From contig CAWAUM010000012.1 in assembly GCA_963785235.1 (NCBI GenBank), forward strand, positions 235,995 through 299,994: 64,000 nt of DNA, written 5' to 3'. Within the stretch, counting starts at the first letter, position 1; every line of letters begins with the position of its first letter. The DNA is from an uncultured delta proteobacterium (lineage in GTDB: Bacteria > Desulfobacterota > Desulfomonilia > UBA1062). This document shows positions 21,154 to 33,690 of the stretch, piece after piece. The notes beneath the pieces were generated by a model. That model was not told the DNA's origin and searched no databases. It was given only the letters and a program-made list of their open reading frames with translations. The position numbers were made by a program, and so were the translations under genes.

Positions 21154-23076
<1,923 letters not shown>

Positions 23077-23111
23077 GTTAATAATCCTCCCTTATGTTTT
23101 CTCCTCTTGAG

Positions 23112-23663
23112 TTAAGAAACTACTGTTACCTTTGCTGGCCTTAATACCCTGTCATTCAATAAAAAACCTTTCTCGATCTCGTCGGCCACCATGCCGGATG
23201 CGATATCATCCCTCATAACCTGCATGAGGGCCTCGTGATAATTCGGATCAAAGGCTGTATTGGTTGTTTTTATAGGTTCAACTCCATTCTTTTTCAAGGT
23301 CTCCAGCAGGAGTTTCTCAGTCATCCTCAAGCCGGTTATGAAGTGCAGGTCATCAGGAAATAACTCTATTGCAGAGGCGATAGACTTCTCAATGGCGTCG
23401 AAAACCAGAAGGAAATCCTTCAGGACAGCCTCTTTGCCGTATTTCAGCACATCGGCATATTGTCGCTGCTGGCGCTTCTTCATGTTCTCCATTTCCGCCA
23501 TTGCCCTGAGATATTTATCCTTGAACTCTACAACCTGCGCCTTGAGCTCATCGGTTGATGGTTCTGATGCCTGCTCCGGTTCGGCGGCTTCCTCCTGCAC
23601 AATTTGAATCTCTTCAAGAGTGTTGTTATTCATCTCCCTCACGTTGTCTTTGTCGTCTTGCAT
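23112..23663 (-). CDS. grpE: Nucleotide exchange factor GrpE
   Basis: LRAMAEMEN, FDPNYHEA, KGFLLNDRVLRPAKV. Confidence 0.96.
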   Translation of the reverse strand: MQDDKDNVREMNNNTLEEIQIVQEEAAEPEQASEPSTDELKAQVVEFKDKYLRAMAEMENMKKRQQRQYADVLKYGKEAVLKDFLLVFDAIEKSIASAIELFPDDLHFITGLRMTEKLLLETLKKNGVEPIKTTNTAFDPNYHEALMQVMRDDIASGMVADEIEKGFLLNDRVLRPAKVTVVS

Positions 23664-23664
23664 C

Positions 23665-24696
23665 CTACATGTCCTCCAAAAAATCGCTCAAAAATCTTGC
23701 CATATATCCCACGAGCGGTATCACCCTTGTATAGTCCATGCGCATCGGGCCGATCACGCCCAGAGAACCCACAGGGATATTTTTTTTATGGTAGCCAGTG
23801 GCCACCATGCTGAAATTATCTATTCCGATATTCTTCATCTCTTCACCGAGCAGGACCGATACACCAGGTACCTCGAGCACCCTGTTGAGAATCCGGACGA
23901 TCCGACCCTTGTCCTCGAAGGCATTCACGACATCACGGAGCTTCCCTAAGTCTGAAAGATCGGGCTTGTTGAATACGGTATCCTTTCCCTGGATAACTAT
24001 TTCAGGAACATCCTCAACGGCCTTGAGCGCGGTCATACCAAGGTCAAGGGCCTGCTTTATCAGCGTATCCACCTTTGCCTTCTCGCTGGACATCTCTCGA
24101 AGAAGCCTGTCGCGCATTTCATGTATGGTGAGGTCTGCGTAGGCCTCGTTCAGATAGTTCGCAAACTGATCGAGCTTCCCCTGCCGTATATCCTCTCCAT
24201 GGACAATGTGGTTGTAAACCATTCCCGCCCGGCTCACCAGTACGACCATGATCCTGTCCTCATCCAGCCTGACAAACTCGATACGCTTGAAGAAGAACGT
24301 GTCAAACCTGGGCAGGATGATGATGGAGGCATTCTGGGAAATTTTAGAGAGCAGCACAGATGCATTTATGAGGGTATCCATGATATCTCCGGTGCCATGA
24401 GACATATGCCGGGAGATCATGGTCTTTTCTCCCCTCGGAAGCGACTTGAGCTCCATGATATCATTCAGATAGCACCGGAATCCCTCGGGGGTCGGTATCC
24501 TGCCTGCAGATACATGGGGCTGATACAACAGGCCCATTTCCTCAAGGTCGGCCATAATGTTTCGGATGGTAGCCGAAGACAGGGTGTTAAGGTACTTCCT
24601 TGCAATAATCCTCGACCCTACCGGTTCACCGGTATCCACATACTCACGGATGATTGCATTTAATATACTTTTATCTCGATGAGTTAGCTCGGGCAT
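23665..24696 (-). CDS. hrcA: Heat-inducible transcription repressor HrcA
   Basis: EPVGSR, SSATIRNIMADLE, PHVSAGRIPT, GVIGPMRMDY. Confidence 0.95.
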   Translation of the reverse strand: MPELTHRDKSILNAIIREYVDTGEPVGSRIIARKYLNTLSSATIRNIMADLEEMGLLYQPHVSAGRIPTPEGFRCYLNDIMELKSLPRGEKTMISRHMSHGTGDIMDTLINASVLLSKISQNASIIILPRFDTFFFKRIEFVRLDEDRIMVVLVSRAGMVYNHIVHGEDIRQGKLDQFANYLNEAYADLTIHEMRDRLLREMSSEKAKVDTLIKQALDLGMTALKAVEDVPEIVIQGKDTVFNKPDLSDLGKLRDVVNAFEDKGRIVRILNRVLEVPGVSVLLGEEMKNIGIDNFSMVATGYHKKNIPVGSLGVIGPMRMDYTRVIPLVGYMARFLSDFLEDM

Positions 24697-24707
24697 ATTA
24701 TCATTCC

Positions 24708-24734
24708 TTAGCACTCGTCTCCCTTATCTGCTAA
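24708..24734. promoter_or_regulatory. CIRCE operator (HrcA site)
   Basis: TTAGCACTC-N9-ATCTGCTAA versus consensus TTAGCACTC-N9-GAGTGCTAA, immediately upstream of hrcA. Confidence 0.85.
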
Positions 24735-24741
24735 CAGGCAT

Positions 24742-24770
24742 CTTATAGAATCTCTCTTTCCCAATGTCAA
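24742..24770 (-). promoter_or_regulatory. Sigma70 promoter of hrcA-grpE-dnaK
   Basis: TTGACA-17 nt-TATAAG on the minus strand, upstream of CIRCE. Confidence 0.7.
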
Positions 24771-24868
24771 TATTCAACCTACCCCCTAGACAAACAGAAC
24801 AATTGATATTAAGAGGCACTTAAATCAACCGGTTCAATGCCAGGACCAAACAGAGTAAAGAGGCTCCC

Positions 24869-26530
24869 ATGAAGGACAAGGTAGAAAGGCTACTGAAAGA
24901 TACGGCAAAGAACCTTATCTCTTCAGGCGTCCTCCCTGAGCTGGATCTTGATATCATCTCCATAAGTATTCCAAGCAACAAAGAATTCGGCGATTTTTCA
25001 TCAAACCTGGCTATGATGGCTGCCAAGAAGACCAAAAAACCTCCCAGGGAAGTGGCCGGAATAATCAAACAGGCAATCGAGACTCATAGCGAGTTGATCG
25101 AAAAGGTCGAAGTGGCAGGGCCCGGCTTCATAAATCTCTTTATAAAACCTGTAAGATGGGCGGGCCTGCTCCAGGAGATCACCACGCTGCGCCAGGACTA
25201 CGGGAAGAGCAGCTACGGCGCCAAAAAGAAGGTGCAGGTGGAGTTTGTCAGCGCCAATCCCACAGGTCCGCTGCACATCGGACACGGAAGAGGGGCTGCG
25301 GTGGGCGACACACTGGTGCGCATCCTTGATGCGGCAGGATTCGATGTTGCGGCCGAATATTACATCAATGACATCGGCAACCAGATGAACAATCTGGGGC
25401 TTTCCGTACTGGCCCGGTACAAAGAGATACACGGCAAGGACCCACTGTTCCCGGAAAGCGGCTACAAGGGCGATTACATCAAGGACATCGCCCAAGAAAT
25501 GATCAAGATCCATGGAGATGCCCTTCTTGACAAAGACCATGACGAGGCAGTCAAGGTCTGCAGGGAGTATGCAGCTCAGGTTATCCTTGAGGGCATAAAA
25601 GAGGACCTGGGCCTTTTCAATGTCCATTTCCATAAGTGGTTCAGCGAGTCGAGTTTGTATCACGATCACAAGGTCGAGGATGCCCTCGTATATCTAAAGG
25701 AAAAAGACTTAAGCTATGAAGCGGATGGCGCTCTGTGGTTCAGGACATCACACTTCGGGGACGAGAAGGACCGCGTGCTGAAAAAGCAGGACGGCTCTCT
25801 CACTTACTTTGCCCCTGATATTGCCTACCACAAGGACAAGCTTGACAGGGGTTTTGCGCAGGTCATCGACATCTGGGGCGCAGACCATCACGGCTATGTG
25901 CCCAGGATGAAGGCGGCCATCACTGCCTTGGGCGCCCCGGAAGACTGCTTCCATGCACTGCTCATCCAGCTTGTATCGCTGGTGAGGGACCGCAAGCCGG
26001 TGTCCATGTCCACACGCTCCGGCGAATTCGTTACCCTAAGAGAAATCATCAATGAGGTAGGCAAGGATGTTGCCCGATACTTCTTCATGATGCGCAAGTG
26101 CGATGCACAGCTCGTATTCGACCTTGATCTTGCAAAAAAGAAAAGTGATGAAAACCCTGTTTACTATATCCAGTACGCCCATGCCCGGATCTGTTCCATC
26201 ATAAGGAATGCGGCCGAACAGGGCTTTGCACCAAACCTTGAAGGGGCAAATCTGGAACTGCTTGTGGGCGGAGATGACCTGGACCTCATCAAGGTACTGG
26301 CCGGCTACCCCGATATCGTCGTATCGGCTGCATCGGACCTTGAACCCCACAGGATAGCCTTTTATCTCTTGGACCTTGCAACGGCTTTTCACAGGTTTTA
26401 TAATAGAAACCGGGTGATAACAGAGGATGTGCCATTGACTTCAGCCAGGCTGGTACTCATTGATGCAGTAAGGCAGGTAATTGCCAATGCCTTAGCGCTC
26501 ATGGGCATTGATGCCCCGGAAAGCATGTAG
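24869..26530 (+). CDS. argS: Arginine--tRNA ligase
   Basis: SANPTGPLHIGHGR, WGADHHGY, MSTRSG, YYIQYAHAR. Confidence 0.98.
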   Translation: MKDKVERLLKDTAKNLISSGVLPELDLDIISISIPSNKEFGDFSSNLAMMAAKKTKKPPREVAGIIKQAIETHSELIEKVEVAGPGFINLFIKPVRWAGLLQEITTLRQDYGKSSYGAKKKVQVEFVSANPTGPLHIGHGRGAAVGDTLVRILDAAGFDVAAEYYINDIGNQMNNLGLSVLARYKEIHGKDPLFPESGYKGDYIKDIAQEMIKIHGDALLDKDHDEAVKVCREYAAQVILEGIKEDLGLFNVHFHKWFSESSLYHDHKVEDALVYLKEKDLSYEADGALWFRTSHFGDEKDRVLKKQDGSLTYFAPDIAYHKDKLDRGFAQVIDIWGADHHGYVPRMKAAITALGAPEDCFHALLIQLVSLVRDRKPVSMSTRSGEFVTLREIINEVGKDVARYFFMMRKCDAQLVFDLDLAKKKSDENPVYYIQYAHARICSIIRNAAEQGFAPNLEGANLELLVGGDDLDLIKVLAGYPDIVVSAASDLEPHRIAFYLLDLATAFHRFYNRNRVITEDVPLTSARLVLIDAVRQVIANALALMGIDAPESM

Positions 26531-26534
26531 TAAG

Positions 26535-27059
26535 ATGATAAGGAAAAAAACCAAGAAAAAAGGCCGCCGTGTCAAGCAATTATCCCTTGTAAAAAATGTG
26601 GCGCTGCTCTTCCTCTCTTTAGGCCTGCTTACGGGTGTCAGTTTTGTCTTCTCATACTTTTCTAACCGCTCAGAGCTCTCCCTTGACCCTATTCAGAGCA
26701 CATGGAACAGCGCCTTTTCAGAAAAAGAGAAACCCCAGGCAGTCCCTGATCAACCAAAAACCAAGACAAGCTCGGTAGCCCCCATTGACTTGACCTTCTA
26801 CGAAACCCTCAACCAGAAGGAACCCTCAAGTAGAGAGGACAGCTATACCATCCAGGTCGGCGCCTTCAAGAGCAGGGCTAAGGCAGACAATTTTGTTAAG
26901 GAGCTCAAGAATAAAAGCAAGCTCTCCTTCAGGGTAGACAAGGAGGGCAAATCATACTGTGTGAGGTGGAACACTTTCACAACCCAGGAATCGGCTGCAA
27001 GGGACTGCGTAAAACTTGCTGCCAAGATCCAGCATGGATGCAAGGTTGTAAAGATGTAG
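26535..27059 (+). CDS. SPOR-domain membrane protein (FtsN-like position after argS)
   Basis: Basic N-terminus, TM helix, LTFYETL, YTIQVGAF. Confidence 0.8.
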   Translation: MIRKKTKKKGRRVKQLSLVKNVALLFLSLGLLTGVSFVFSYFSNRSELSLDPIQSTWNSAFSEKEKPQAVPDQPKTKTSSVAPIDLTFYETLNQKEPSSREDSYTIQVGAFKSRAKADNFVKELKNKSKLSFRVDKEGKSYCVRWNTFTTQESAARDCVKLAAKIQHGCKVVKM

Positions 27060-27116
27060 ACCGCGAAAGATAGGCCTGCGGCGTAACGTTACAATCTTTT
27101 TTTTAGGAGAGAAGCC

Positions 27117-28164
27117 ATAATCCTTCATATCGTCGGGGCACGCCCCCAATTCATCAAACTCGCACCTGTTGTACGGGCATTTCTGGAATCGGGCATGCCA
27201 TATAAAGTTCTGCATACAGGTCAGCATTATGATTACACCATGTCGGATCTCCATTTCACCTCCTTAGGCATGGAAGCCCCTCACTATTCCCTCGAGATCG
27301 GTTCAGACTCTCACGGTCGGCAGACCGCCAAGATGCTTCAAGGCATAGAAGATGTCCTGGTCAAGGAAAATCCAAAGATGGTCCTTGTATATGGCGATAC
27401 AAACTCCACTTTAGCAGGTGCGCTCAGTGCCGCCAAACTCGGGATCAAGGTAGGTCATGTGGAGGCCGGCGTCCGAAGTTATGACAAGAGAATGCCCGAG
27501 GAGATCAACCGCGTGGTGACGGACCATATAAGCGATCACCATTTCTGCCCCACAATCAACGCAGTGAATATCTTAAAAACCGAAGGTATAGCAGGCATTC
27601 TGACCGGTGATGTCATGTATGATGCGCTCTTGCAGGTACACAAAGAAGACCTTAAGAATCCCTATACCAAAGGATATGTGCTCGTTACGATCCACCGGGC
27701 GGAGAATACCGATAACTCGGATAAGTTCCTTGCCATCTGGGAGGCCTTGGAAAATATCTCGCATCACACAAAAGTGATCTTCCCCGCCCACCCCCGCACA
27801 AAGAATATGTTTGGCCACATGCTTGCCCATGCGAATAGTCATATCCAGGTCATTGAACCGGTGAGCTACCTCACCATGCTCGCCATGATAAAGGACGCGC
27901 TCTGCATGATCACCGATTCCGGAGGGGTGCAGAAGGAGGCCTTCCTGCTGGGTTGTCCATGTGTAACCGTCCGTGACACCACTGAATGGCCGGAGACCGT
28001 ACAGGCAGGGGCCAACCGTCCTTGTTGAAGCCGAACCGGAAACAATTTTGAATGCTGTAATTAATATGATGGACAAATGTATTGAAATGGCGGATAATCC
28101 CTTTGGTGATGGACATGCGAGCCGCAAAATCGCCGGATTCATCAAGGACCGCTACTTTATGTAA
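27117..28164 (+). CDS. wecB: UDP-N-acetylglucosamine 2-epimerase (apparent ATA start; frameshift near 28015)
   Basis: ILHIVGARPQFIK, HTGQHYD, VYGDTNST, HVEAG, TDSGGVQKEA, NPFGDG. Confidence 0.9.
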
Positions 28165-28244
28165 AGGCCGGATCTAACACATCCTGATTCATACCCCACG
28201 AACAGATCCTCCCCATAGAATGTTTTGTTGTGAAAGGAGGGTTC

Positions 28245-29212
28245 CATGAACAAGTCCAGACCAGTCACGAAAGACCCGCGCGACATTGTTGGCTGATGCA
28301 CAGCATGCTGCATCACGCAAGGAAGTGGATACGGCACTTCTTCTCTTTGATGAGTGCATCAAAGAATATATTAAAAGGAAACTGCTGTTCAAGGCCATGG
28401 CAGTTTCCAAAAAGGCAAAAACGGTTCTCGGTCACATACCCAAGGTCAGCGCACTCATCATCCGGTCTTATACGATGGCAGGCCTGTTTGGGGATGCACA
28501 GCAGGAGTATGAGTTTGCTGCATCTTTTTTGAAAAAAGACTCCTTGAGCTTCTTTATGGCCCTGGAGAAAGATGTTTTCATTGACCTGCTCTCTATAATG
28601 GACATCAATACCTATCCCAGGGGAACAATTGTCTTGAAACGCAAAGATGATGGCGGGGACGTCTTTGTAATGCTCTCAGGTTCCTGTGAGGCTTACCGTG
28701 ATTCGAGAAGGCTTGCCGTCATGCTGCCGGGTGATGTATTCGGCGAGATCGGCTTTTTCGCCGGGACAGCCCGTAGTGCAACCGTGAGGACAATCGAAAA
28801 GAGCATGCTCGTCAGGATGCCTTCAGGACCCTTGCGTGAACTGAAAGAGCGTCATGTGAGCCTGCGGCAGATCCTTGAGAGTATCTACAGCGAGCGCATC
28901 ATGAAAAAGGTTGTGGAAGACCTTGAAGCTGAAGGCCCGCTGAAGTCGTTGCCTGAAATCATTACAACCCTGAATTATGCCAAGGGCCAGGAAATTCCTG
29001 TTACCCCTAAAGGTAGCGTGGCTATCTTAAAACACGGGATCGTAGAGGTTGATTACGATGACATGCGCCTTAAAACGAAACAGTATCTGAAGCCCGGGGC
29101 CATAATCGCAAACAAACGCCTCCGTGCACGCGCCAGCACCAATGTGGTGATCATGCTTACCAGCATAGGCTACCAGGCACATACAGTCCCCAAGGAAATC
29201 AAGGAGCGCTGA
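28245..29212 (+). CDS. Cyclic nucleotide-binding domain protein (5' frameshift likely)
   Basis: GDVFGEIGFFAGTARSATV cNMP motif; AAGGAGG RBS at ATG 28245 is out of frame with the main ORF. Confidence 0.7.
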
Positions 29213-29417
29213 CAAGACATATAGAGTAATTGGTTCATGTGAAGATTGTCATCGTCTCTGGTCCTTGTATCGATTCATAGTCATAACAAAAACATGAGAA
29301 GCTTCAGGTTTATGATTACACCTTATGTAATAAATCCCTTGCACCGAAAAGAATTTCACAACAGTATGTTCATGGCATGCCTTGTTCTGATAAGAATCTG
29401 GGTATAATAGGATAACA

Positions 29418-32400
29418 GTGAAGAAGACCTCAGGATTTTTAACCCTTATCACGCTTATATACATCCTCATATCCTTAACGGATTCCAATATCCTTGCCGA
29501 CTCGAAGAAGCATCCGGTATCTCCCGGTCTCCAGACCAGCTATTCATGGAACGAGGGGAGGGCAAAAAAGCATGCATGGATGGCCATGGACGAGGCAGAA
29601 ATCCTCCTGAAAAAAGAACCCGGAGCTCATGACAATGCACGCAAAACCATCAGGTCCTACCACCCTGAAGCAGTTATTACCGAAGAACATGCACAAAGTA
29701 TGAGCATACGCCTACCACGCTTAAATAATCCTCAAGAGCATTCAGCCAGACTGAAAAAATACAAAGGCTCAACGGGGATCAGGACTGCCCTGCCGGTGTT
29801 CTTTGCAAGCCCTGCCGGAAATCCGGAATCCAAGATGGTGCTCACCGAGCAGATCATTGTTCAATATCCTGGAAAAACCACGCTGAAGGCCATCTTAAAA
29901 ATCGAATCCGGTTATGGGCTCAAACGGATCCAATCATTCCCCTTTGCCCGCAATACCTTCCTCTATGAATTGGATGATCCTTTCCTTGGCTTAAAGATCT
30001 CCAACGAGCTCCAGAAATCCGGATCAGTGAATTATGCATACCCCAATTGGATGAGGGTCCGTACGAAACGATCCATCCCGGACGACACCCTTTTCGTAAA
30101 CCAGTGGCATGTCCTCAATACGGGACAGGGCGGTGGACAATCGGGCGAAGATGTGAATATAGTCTCTGTTTGGGATACGTACCGCGGCTCTGCATATGAG
30201 ATTATAGCCTTGGTGGATGACGGTCTCGAAATCGACCACCCCGACCTGAGAGATAACGTGCGGACTGATCTGTGCTGGGATTTTGTCAACAACAATAGTG
30301 ATACTACCTATGGAGAACACGGCACTTCCTGCGCAGGGGTGGCTGCAGGAAGGGGGTTCAATTCACTCGGCATCTGCGGTGCCGCCCCGAATGCACGGCT
30401 TGTTGGACACCGCATAACCTTCGATACCTTTCTTCCTGATACGGTTTGGGCCTCTGCCCTTTCCCGGAATAAAGATGAAATAGACATCTACAGCAACAGC
30501 TGGGGCCCGGGAGATGGCGGATATTATCTCGATGGCCTCTCCCCGCTCATTCGAGATGCACTGGCAAATAACATCGGCACCGGAAGAGCAGGCCGCGGCA
30601 ATATTTACCTCTGGGCAGGGGGCAATGGCGGATTTATCGACAACTCGAACTATGATGGTTTCTCCAACTCACGCTATGCCATTGCCGTAGCTGCAAGTAC
30701 GAACAATGGAATGCACGCTCCCTACTCAGAAAAGGGCGCAAACATCCTGGTAAACGCGCCATCCAACGGCGGCACCCTGTCCATCACCACTACAGACCGC
30801 ACGGGTTCAGACGGTTATAACTCAAGTGATTATACTTCGACGTTTGGGGGCACCTCCTCTGCAACACCCCTTGTTGCAGGAATTATTGCCCTCATGCTCC
30901 AGGCAAACCCGGAACTTACATGGAGGGACGTGAAGAGCATCCTTGCTGAGACTGCAGAGAAAAATGATCCCACTGACTCTGATTGGACCACCAATGGCGC
31001 AGGTTATCATATTAATCATAAATACGGCTTCGGCCGGGTCGATGCACAAGCGGCAGTGACGGCGGCCATAAGCTGGATAAATGCAGACACGGAATTACAA
31101 GCCGGCATGTCGTCATCGCCTAATAGCCCTATTCCGGACAATGATTCCACAGGGGTTTCCGACACTATCACTATCAATGACACCATCTCCATTGAATTTG
31201 TGGAGGTAGAGTTCTCTGCTTCTGACCATACATCCTGGCCTGACCTGGAAGTGGTCTTGGTCTCCCCTGACGGTACCGAGAGTGTATTGGCAGAAAAGCA
31301 CACCCCTTCAAGTTCACCGGACGGGAATTATGATCATTGGGTATTCGGCAGTGTCCGACACTATGGCGAAAATTCAAAAGGCGCTTGGATGCTTCGCGTG
31401 AGAGACCTTTCCACAGGTGACATCGGCACATTCCAGTCTTGGACACTCAGACTTTATGGCACTAACGTTCCACCGACACCGTCCATCTCCGGCATTTCAA
31501 TCTCGTCCCTGACCGATACAACCGCCACCATAACATGGGACACTGATCAGGCCTCTGACAGCACAATCCAGTTCGGAACCCTGAATTCCACATGGGGGCA
31601 TTATCCTGCTGAAACACATTCATCCGATATGGCAACCTCTCACAGCATCACACTGACCGGGTTGACCGACGGCACTGTCTATTTCTTGAGGGCGGGGTCC
31701 ACAAATGCTGCAGGCAATGGTCCGTCGAATAATCCCATCGAGACGAATCCTTCAGAAGAACTTACCTTCACTACTTTATCGGATGCCCCGATCATCACCG
31801 GTGTATCCGTAGCCGCAACACCAAGTACGGCAACGATCAACTGGACAACGGATGAGCCGGCTGACAGCGTGGTCCGGTATGGACCTGACAGCGTTGCATG
31901 GGAAACCTATCCTTCATCCAGATCAAATTCCACCCTTTCAACAATCCACAGCGTGACCATCACCGGCCTTTCCGAAGGGGCAAGATACTACTTTTCCGTG
32001 GGCTCCACGGACACCTCGAATAACGGACCGGGGCTTAATGCAAACTCAACAAACCCTTCTATTGAATACCAGTTCACAACAACGATCACCCCACCCTATG
32101 TGACAGGAACCACTCGCATCAATTTCTTGGCAAACACCATAGACATATCCTTCAGCAAGGCGGGTATGCAGGGAGTAGCCGTGCAGACGAACTACCGTTT
32201 CAGCCCCAGCCTTGCATTCAAGAGCCCGGGAGGTTCCAATATCATTCAAATCAGCAGCAGTACCTACCGCCTAAATCTCTCCTCCATACCACGTGACACG
32301 ATCTACTCTTTGACACTGGTGAACATAACAGACTCATACGGGTATGCCCTCTCAAAGAGCACGGTAACCCTTAATGATGACAATCACAACAATATGGCTG

Positions 32401-33641
32401 ACGATTGGGAGGCCTCTTACGGCATAAGCAATGCAAACGCCGACCCGGACAACGATGGATTATCAAACAGAGATGAATATCGTAACGGCTCACTGCCTGC
32501 CAATGCCGATACGGATGGCGATGGCCTGCCTGACGGTTGGGAAGTGAAGTACGGACTGGATCCACTTGATCCATTGCGTGAAAACGGAGCAAACGGCGAC
32601 CTCGATGGCGATGGATGGACGAACAGAGAGGAATACCAAAACAATACCGACCCTTTGAGTGCCTCCTCTCCAATACCTGAGCCCCCTGATGTCGTAGAGG
32701 TACATCCCCATGACGGCGCAGGAACGACCGACACCACACGCATACCCATAAACGCCTCCTTCGCGGTTAACCTCTATGATAAAGACGGCATTAACTTGCA
32801 GGATACGGATAGTATCATTCTTACCATCAACGATGGCGTTAACCCTGTCTACAGCGTAAGCCCTGCAGATACTGATGTAGTAAGGACAGTGAAGATCTCT
32901 CCCGATGAAGACTCACGGGTATCAAACCTATGGGTTATCTATGACCGGTCCCGTGAAGGTACTCTGGGTTCCTTCCCCTATGGCAAAACCATTATCATAA
33001 CTGTGGAGGCAAAAGACCGTTTGGGAGACTGGATGCAGGTTCACACCTATTCATTTGCAGTGGAGTCGAAGCAGGACCATGTCGAGGCTTTCAGGGCATC
33101 ACCTGGAACCGTTGCCCTCCAATCGGGCAGTAGTATGCTGATGGATATCTATAACGCCGGGTTCAAGGTGATAAGCGGCGTGCTTGAAGGGATGATGGTT
33201 ATCTTTAATAACAGCGAACCGGTGAAACCGGAGCTGGGTCCATCAGATGAAATCCCGCTGCTCAATGTGGACGGAATCAATGCCGTAGGCGAGGTTCTCA
33301 ATTTGCAACCGCCCACGGTTTTTAACACCCCGGTTAAGGTTTTCATACCCTGCCGGGGCTACTCAGACCTGAGCAAGGTAAATGTGTATCTCTTTGACGG
33401 GTCATCCTGGCTTCTCGGCTGTGATGGACAAGGAAATGTCCAGAATTCAGCCCTGGGGTGGATGGTGGAGGGCTCCCGTGTTGACCATCCCGAACTTTTA
33501 CCTCCGGCAATTGAGATCAGGCTCTACCATTTCTCTGCAGTGCAGGCAGGCTCTTCATTGCTGCCTGATACTCCCGTAGCAAAGCCAAGCGGTGGCGGGG
33601 GAGGTGGCGGAGGCTGCTTTATCGAGACGGCATCAATGTAG
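29418..33641 (+). CDS. Secreted kexin/furin-like S8 peptidase with P domain, FN3-like repeats, Ca-binding DxDxDG repeats and Gly-rich CFI C-terminal tag
   Basis: VDDG, HGTSCAG, GGNG, GTSSATP catalytic motifs; LTWRDV, YGFGRVDA; P domain; DTDGDGLPDGWE; ends GGGGGGGCFIETASM. Confidence 0.88.
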   Translation: MKKTSGFLTLITLIYILISLTDSNILADSKKHPVSPGLQTSYSWNEGRAKKHAWMAMDEAEILLKKEPGAHDNARKTIRSYHPEAVITEEHAQSMSIRLPRLNNPQEHSARLKKYKGSTGIRTALPVFFASPAGNPESKMVLTEQIIVQYPGKTTLKAILKIESGYGLKRIQSFPFARNTFLYELDDPFLGLKISNELQKSGSVNYAYPNWMRVRTKRSIPDDTLFVNQWHVLNTGQGGGQSGEDVNIVSVWDTYRGSAYEIIALVDDGLEIDHPDLRDNVRTDLCWDFVNNNSDTTYGEHGTSCAGVAAGRGFNSLGICGAAPNARLVGHRITFDTFLPDTVWASALSRNKDEIDIYSNSWGPGDGGYYLDGLSPLIRDALANNIGTGRAGRGNIYLWAGGNGGFIDNSNYDGFSNSRYAIAVAASTNNGMHAPYSEKGANILVNAPSNGGTLSITTTDRTGSDGYNSSDYTSTFGGTSSATPLVAGIIALMLQANPELTWRDVKSILAETAEKNDPTDSDWTTNGAGYHINHKYGFGRVDAQAAVTAAISWINADTELQAGMSSSPNSPIPDNDSTGVSDTITINDTISIEFVEVEFSASDHTSWPDLEVVLVSPDGTESVLAEKHTPSSSPDGNYDHWVFGSVRHYGENSKGAWMLRVRDLSTGDIGTFQSWTLRLYGTNVPPTPSISGISISSLTDTTATITWDTDQASDSTIQFGTLNSTWGHYPAETHSSDMATSHSITLTGLTDGTVYFLRAGSTNAAGNGPSNNPIETNPSEELTFTTLSDAPIITGVSVAATPSTATINWTTDEPADSVVRYGPDSVAWETYPSSRSNSTLSTIHSVTITGLSEGARYYFSVGSTDTSNNGPGLNANSTNPSIEYQFTTTITPPYVTGTTRINFLANTIDISFSKAGMQGVAVQTNYRFSPSLAFKSPGGSNIIQISSSTYRLNLSSIPRDTIYSLTLVNITDSYGYALSKSTVTLNDDNHNNMADDWEASYGISNANADPDNDGLSNRDEYRNGSLPANADTDGDGLPDGWEVKYGLDPLDPLRENGANGDLDGDGWTNREEYQNNTDPLSASSPIPEPPDVVEVHPHDGAGTTDTTRIPINASFAVNLYDKDGINLQDTDSIILTINDGVNPVYSVSPADTDVVRTVKISPDEDSRVSNLWVIYDRSREGTLGSFPYGKTIIITVEAKDRLGDWMQVHTYSFAVESKQDHVEAFRASPGTVALQSGSSMLMDIYNAGFKVISGVLEGMMVIFNNSEPVKPELGPSDEIPLLNVDGINAVGEVLNLQPPTVFNTPVKVFIPCRGYSDLSKVNVYLFDGSSWLLGCDGQGNVQNSALGWMVEGSRVDHPELLPPAIEIRLYHFSAVQAGSSLLPDTPVAKPSGGGGGGGGCFIETASM

Positions 33642-33690
33642 GGACGCCTTCAGTATCGGTTGGCAATATCGCGGCTGAAGCCGCTCCTAC
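33638..33690. repeat. GTAG-family REP doublet
   Basis: GTAGGGACGCCTTCAG...TCGCGGCTGAAGCCGCTCCTAC; each GTAG end contains a gene's TAG stop. Confidence 0.7.
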
